A stretch of 64,000 nucleotides of DNA from Psammoneis japonica (taxonomy: Eukaryota): NCBI GenBank assembly GCA_008632985.1, contig QPGO01000028.1, positions 491,598 to 555,597 on the forward strand, written 5' to 3'. The position numbers and the translations under genes are program-made. Of the stretch, positions 58,321 through 64,000 are shown piece after piece (within the stretch, counting starts at the first letter, position 1; the number at the start of each line of letters is the position of its first letter). The notes beneath the pieces were generated by a model. The model was not told the origin of the DNA. It did not search any database and saw only the letters and a list, made by a program, of their open reading frames with translations.

Positions 58321-59481
58321 TTATCTCCCTTTGCAGCTGGCAGAAATCGTCTCGAGACGCTTGGCAAGCACTTCACGAGTGCCGTCCACGTCGCGTCCTG
58401 CTTTTTCGAGCTCTTGGCGCATGGCAGCAACGCTCATGCTGTCCACATTGCCTTGGTCTTGTTGGTTGGGGGTCCTGGGATGAAGGGAAGCCGTCATTAA
58501 CTCCCTGAGCAAATCAGGAGAGTCCAGAGTCTTGAAGGCTTCCGTTTGCATCATTTTGTCATGGTCAGCTACGGCATGGTGAAGAGTACATTCCTTCAAG
58601 AGGGCGCAATTCTTGCTGTCTGCGTACATGAGCAATTCGAGCACGTTTTCATCCGTAATGTTGGATTCTGCCATTTTAGCTTCAACACGGAGTTTGAGGC
58701 CAAGACACTCGAACTTGTCGGCAACATCCAGTAGGGCCATGGCATCCTCGACTTTGAAAGGTTCATCAGTTAGATAATCTGCATAAATGAACTGGAGAAA
58801 ATGGACGAAGATGGATGGCTCCACTCCATCAATCACAATCGGCTCGTCCTTGTTGGATTCACAGTCAAAGATTCCAACAAAACCAGGAGCTCGATTCGCC
58901 AGAATCGCCTTGTGTGCCTTGAACATTTCTCCACCGACAGACAAGGTTACATCGCAGTACTTTTGTGAATTGAACGCATTTGCAATGTCCTTTTTTAGCG
59001 TGCTGGAGGGACGCCAGATCTGGGTGGTGTTTGGAAGAATTTCCAAATGAACCAAGATAGTGAGATCCCCATTCACGAGGAATCCATTGGCTGGGTTCAA
59101 GACGTTGTCACGCGTTGTAAGGCGTGAATATCCCCAAGCGCTGTCAGCCCCATTTGCCTTGAAAATGCGCACCGACGCTTCACCAAAAGAAGAACCCAGC
59201 GTCCGAAGTGCGTATTTCGCATGAACTGAATCACCCCGCTTGTCTGTGCGCTTCAAAAAGATCGACACGTTGGTTGCATTTTCGTCAGAACACATGTCTC
59301 CACGTGGATACAGTAGCAACGTCCATAGATATCCACGGCAAGGAAGCGATGGGCAACGGACGACTTCTCCGCGTTTTTGAGGGAGATTTGCAAAATCCGG
59401 AAACGTAAAACTAATGACTGGGCGATGTGCAGCAGGCACTTTGTCCCCAACGACAACATAAGCTGTTGTATAATCCGTCAT
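58321..59481 (-). CDS. MATH-BTB (SPOP-like) protein
   Basis: WTLLLYPRG...VSIFL...WGY (MATH) and DVTLSVGGEMFKAHKAILANR...FLQFIY (BTB). Confidence 0.92.
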   Translation of the reverse strand: MTDYTTAYVVVGDKVPAAHRPVISFTFPDFANLPQKRGEVVRCPSLPCRGYLWTLLLYPRGDMCSDENATNVSIFLKRTDKRGDSVHAKYALRTLGSSFGEASVRIFKANGADSAWGYSRLTTRDNVLNPANGFLVNGDLTILVHLEILPNTTQIWRPSSTLKKDIANAFNSQKYCDVTLSVGGEMFKAHKAILANRAPGFVGIFDCESNKDEPIVIDGVEPSIFVHFLQFIYADYLTDEPFKVEDAMALLDVADKFECLGLKLRVEAKMAESNITDENVLELLMYADSKNCALLKECTLHHAVADHDKMMQTEAFKTLDSPDLLRELMTASLHPRTPNQQDQGNVDSMSVAAMRQELEKAGRDVDGTREVLAKRLETISASCKGR

Positions 59482-60098
59482 GGCGTCTCCTTGTAGACTG
59501 GTATGGACTTATGGATTATAGTGTGGCGAACGGTTTGACGTTTATGGTGGTTGTGTTTTCGTTGGTCGTTGTTGTTTGTTGTTTGTTGTTTTGCCGTTGC
59601 TTGTTTTGGGTTTTGCGAGATCGATTTTCAAAATCGCAAACGCGCAGTACGCGCGTTTCTTAATAATTAACATCGACAAACGAAGGTTTATATAAGGGTT
59701 TTGGTGCGGGATTTCAATTTCAATATAAATTTTTATTCAGCCTTATGGCTTTTCATTCAAATATCGTATTCACGACAGATGAGTTTTATTTTGCTCCGCT
59801 CCTCCGACACACACCGAGAGACAAACTTACTTCAGCAGAGACAACGAGAAGCAGATTACTAGAAGAAGAAGGGTTTTGTTAAGGAGATCTCTGCTTGTTT
59901 GATCGCAAGAGAATTGAACGAGTTATTAGAGAGAAGCATTCAAAAGAGAAGTGACGAAACAAGTGATTGAACGAGCTTTAGTTCATCCAAGAGCGTTAGT
60001 CGGCCTCTCGTGGATTGGTGTTGGTACAAAACCACGTAGAATCCTACGTGACACCGGCTGAGAAGATCTCGAATCTTTTTTCTAAGAATAAAAGCACA

Positions 60099-63000
60099 AT
60101 GGCTTCTTCAGGCGGCGGTTTTCCCAATGGTTCTTCTAAGACACATCATACAAGTGAAAGTGCTGCTAGCAACGCAAGCACTTCTTTTACGGCAGATATT
60201 TCTAGAGCATCCGAAAGAATGGCTCAGCAAGTTGTTCAGGCCTTGGATTCTCATCAAACAACAACAGCAACTGCAGTAGGCGCTTTAAAGTCTCCACGTG
60301 AATGTGGTGTTCCTACCGGTACAACTGAAGCATTAGATAGACCAGCACCACGCAAACGTCATCCGTCACCTAGTCGAATGCGATCGATTCGAGCGATTCG
60401 ATCCAGCATGTCTCCGGCAGCCGCTGCAGCTGCCGTGGCGGCGACGGCTGCGGAAAAGGAATCTGAACATTTAGAACCCTCCATGGTTTGTTCCATGGCG
60501 TTTCGTGGCATGGAAGTCATTTTTGCACTGGTACAGGGCGTGGATGCTTCGACGGTCGTGGGTCTTTGTGCACGAACGCGTGTTGCCTTTCAAACGTTGG
60601 ATTTGCCCAGCAAGAGCGCTAGCGTTGTGTCACTGGTGGGCAATGTCACAACGGGCATGATTACAGTATGCATGTCGGATGGCGTCATTCAAACGTATAC
60701 ACCCGTTGAGACGAGTCCGGGGCCATCGTCCAAGCCACACGCGGTTGTGGCGGCCTTTGGACGGTTCCGATGGATGAACACTCGTATGATTTACTGTGCT
60801 GACGTGTTTTATCACAACGAAAGTAAACCTGACTTTCAGAGCATTAAATCTGGAAAAGAAAGCGGCCAGTCGGTGCATATATCGTCTTCAACGGATTACA
60901 AGGTGTTGGTGGGTCACCGGGATCAACTTGCCGTCTTTGATGCTACTCCCGAGCCCAACGACGACATGCCCATTCTTAGTGTGGGTGGTTCGGGAGAACA
61001 CGACGCGACAATAACGACAGACGCGCCACCCGCCACCTTGTTGTGGACGACAAGGCTGCATGAACGCATAGTGACTTGCAAACTGGCTGGAGACGGGCAG
61101 GCTATTGTGGTTGTGATCCGGGGAGAAGGCATTGGAACTCCGGATCCCTTTGGTGCTCGCACCTTTGTTCGTGATTATGACGATGGCAGTGACTTGGCTG
61201 GTGCTGTCGAACAAACAATGATTCCGCCGCCACCTCATCGTCTTGCCGAGCGACAGTCTTCCACGGGGAGTACGGTTGGCATTTTGTACAAACCAGGCCC
61301 ATTTTTGATTCATTCCACCACCGTCACTCGTTTGTCCTTTCGTGGTTTGGGGCATAATACCTCCAATGTGCATTCTGAAGACGACGAGGGCAATGACTTG
61401 TTGCTGACTTATTGTGCCGAAGACTGTAGTGTTCGCATTTTCAGTCAAAACAGTTGGAAACAGTTAATGCACTGGACGACACCTCCCGACAGCCGTGCCG
61501 ATTGGGTGCATGGTATTTCTGCCTTTACTCTTGGAGATTTGGAATCCGCCAAGAAATCAAAATCAGCCGGTTCCAGATCTGTGAGTCGTCGTCCGAGCTT
61601 TGGATCCGGAGACGAGTCGTCTGGTGGGTCCGGTGCCATCAATAGAGCACTTATTGGTGGTAGACCTTTTTCGACGGTTGCCGCCACCAACGCGGCTGCG
61701 CCATCGACGGCGGCGGGCGCATGGATTTGTGAAATTACCTTTCGAAACGCCTTTCCAGCGTTGCGCCTCTCCCGACTGACCTATATGAAGCGCGGCAGTG
61801 AGGATTGTCAGCCCGCGCATTTTGAAAGCGTTGCCGCAATTTTGCCGGCGGGATCTGTGACGGCCGCGAGCTTGCTTGATTCCGAAGAAATGGGTTTGAC
61901 CGTACAAGGGATTTGGCCGGCGTGGAATCCTTGGCTGTCTGGTGCGGCGGGTACCGATAGCTCTGGGAGCTTGAGTGGATCGGCAATGGCATTATTGGGT
62001 TTTCCATCAGGCGCCGCCGCGTCGGCAGGAGCTAGCTTTGGAGAAACAAACTTTGGAGGAACACACAGTCCTCCCAGTGAGTTGAGACTTGTAGCATCGC
62101 ATCAAAACCACGGAAAAGTTGTGCTTATGGAGTTCCCACTTTGGGGAGATCAAGACTTTGGTGCCATGGAACTTGGCAGTCCACTTCGATATGTGCTCTC
62201 GGTTTCAGAAGACCAAAGAATATCATCAGCGATTGGGTGCTTCAAGCGAAACCTCGAACGACTTCCCGTGTGCATGGACCACGAGTCGAGTCGACTCTGT
62301 GCACGCATTGAGACTGGCGCAAAATCCGTATCGCTGACTTGGAGAAGGCAGGGAAGCATGTATATTCTACCAGGTCCTCATCACTCAATTAATGTCGGGA
62401 TTTCTATGGTGCATTCATTGGCATCGACCATCTCTGTCGACTCCAAGATGAGCCATCACACATTTGACTCTAATGAAAGGCACTCGAGAGGTCCGGAACC
62501 GTATTCTGATATTAGCGTTGTTCCCGTTCCGCTCACTCTGCCAACGCTGAGACTGCCGCGGAATGAAAGTTGTAGTCACGATGAGACGATTGTTGCGTTA
62601 ATGTGGTGGCCAGACGATAACTTTGGTGCTCCTCTTCAGCTTGCCGCAATTACTTCCCGTGGTACATTTATTTTGTATGAAATGCCTCCTCCTTGGAGCG
62701 TGATTGAGCCTCCCATGCCGAGTTACGACCCTCTTGATCTTTCGACCGCGAGTAGTTTAGCTGGCGGGGACGGTACACCAACGTTTCTTGGAAGCCGAGA
62801 CTCGAGTGACGAAGATAGTACCGCGGGGGTCGAACGGAAGGAGTACGAAACAATGATAACGCCACACGTAGATTTTGGAATCGGTTTGAGATTAGAGTCC
62901 CAGGCGGAAGGAATGCCTGCAATCGCTGGATCATACAAAAAGAATCCCTGTATGTACTTTTGAATCGTTGACTGATCTTGAAATCTGGGTCATAATTCTT

Positions 63001-64000
63001 CTCACTATCCATCCATCACTTTTCGACCTTCCACAGTAACTGGCGGACGATTACCTGCTGAACGAACTGGCATGATAGTTCTTGGTGATGAGCTCGTAGC
63101 TATCAATGGTGTAAGCTTGGAAGGTCGTTCTTTCGATGACATAATAGGGACGGTCCGACGAGTTGGATCGGCAGTAAACCCGGGAGCACCGCTGTGCATG
63201 CGCTTTCGTCCCAATCTATCAAATAGACGCCGTATACATAGCGGCATTACATTCGACGGAGAGGGAAGCCCATCAAGTAAATCCTCTCGACAGAATGGAA
63301 GACGAACGATAGAACAAATATTGGGTGTATCGCCCTCACCAAAGCAACGAAAGAGAAAAGATACTAAAGGCAATGAGTCTGATTCTGATGATAGTCAATT
63401 TTCAGTGCTCGTCGGCGCAGAGAGTGAGATGCAACAAGAGTTCAGTCGAATTGTTGCAATGGTTCGAAATGCCTTGGATATTGGTAACGAAGAATTAAGT
63501 TCGGCGGAAGCACAGTCCCTGATTGAGTTGCTACCATGGCATGTATCCATCGGCACGCCGGATCTAGAGCATGTTCGCGGGGCCGCGTTGCTGGTCTCCG
63601 CCAGAAAGAGTACTCTTTGCACAAAACGCATTGAAGTTGCGGCAGATGGAGATCCTAATAGCGCTCAATGCGTTGACCTCGGTTCTGTTGACCTGCAAAT
63701 CTCGCCAGCTAGCATCCGCAGTCTTGTCGTTGTCAAACCTCGGATAGATGGGTGGTGTCTCGCCGTTTGTGACAGCAATGGAGCTGTCACCCTGGTGTTT
63801 GTTGAAATCGAAGTTGACGCGAAATCAAGCGACGGCAGCGGAAGAACGGCCGGAGCTTCACCCGCTAATCTGCGCGCCGTCTTTCGTTATCACCTTATCA
63901 TACAATGCAACACTTCGTCGAGACTCCTCTATCGAGCAGCATCTGTTGAATTGATGGCAACAATGCCTCAAGGGGAAGCATGTCGAACTCTAACGGTGTG
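60099..64000 (+). CDS. Large DmX/Rav1 (rabconnectin-3)-like beta-propeller protein with PDZ domain, 5' part; intron 62950-63036; runs off the window
   Basis: LIHSTTVTRLSFRG...NDLLLTYCAEDCSVRIF resembles the DmX/Rav1 N-terminal repeat. The spliced segment FGIGLRL...PAERTGMIVLGDELVAINGVSL is PDZ-like. Confidence 0.65.

Overview
Eukaryotic nuclear DNA, inferred from GT-AG introns and the RPLP0, PHF5A, MATH-BTB, MYND and DmX-like genes. Gene style suggests a pennate diatom (inference). About 15 intact or near-intact genes of normal composition alternate with blocks (~1-2250, ~3700-16020, partly ~25900-27950, ~33960-35130, ~46780-49400, ~51360-52440) in which BOTH CpG and TpA are nearly absent and TpG/CpA abound. 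Two decayed copies of genes that are still intact in this window give the direction of change: CG->TG/CA and TA->TG/CA. The TpA change runs opposite to fungal RIP and is not explained by 5mC deamination. This points to a domain-targeted two-context hypermutation process, the main candidate for an undescribed system here. The blocks hold fossils of a Helitron/Pif1-type helicase, a Crinkler-like NTPase gene and a possible tyrosine-recombinase element. Also present: a young non-autonomous hAT-like element (34-bp TIRs, 8-bp TSD), a foldback element with 605-bp arms made of ~181-bp subrepeats, a recurrent upstream TACCGGTA palindrome, an 11-nt micro-exon carrying a helicase Walker A, and an NxVxG beta-solenoid/RING fusion. 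All calls were made by eye, without database searches.
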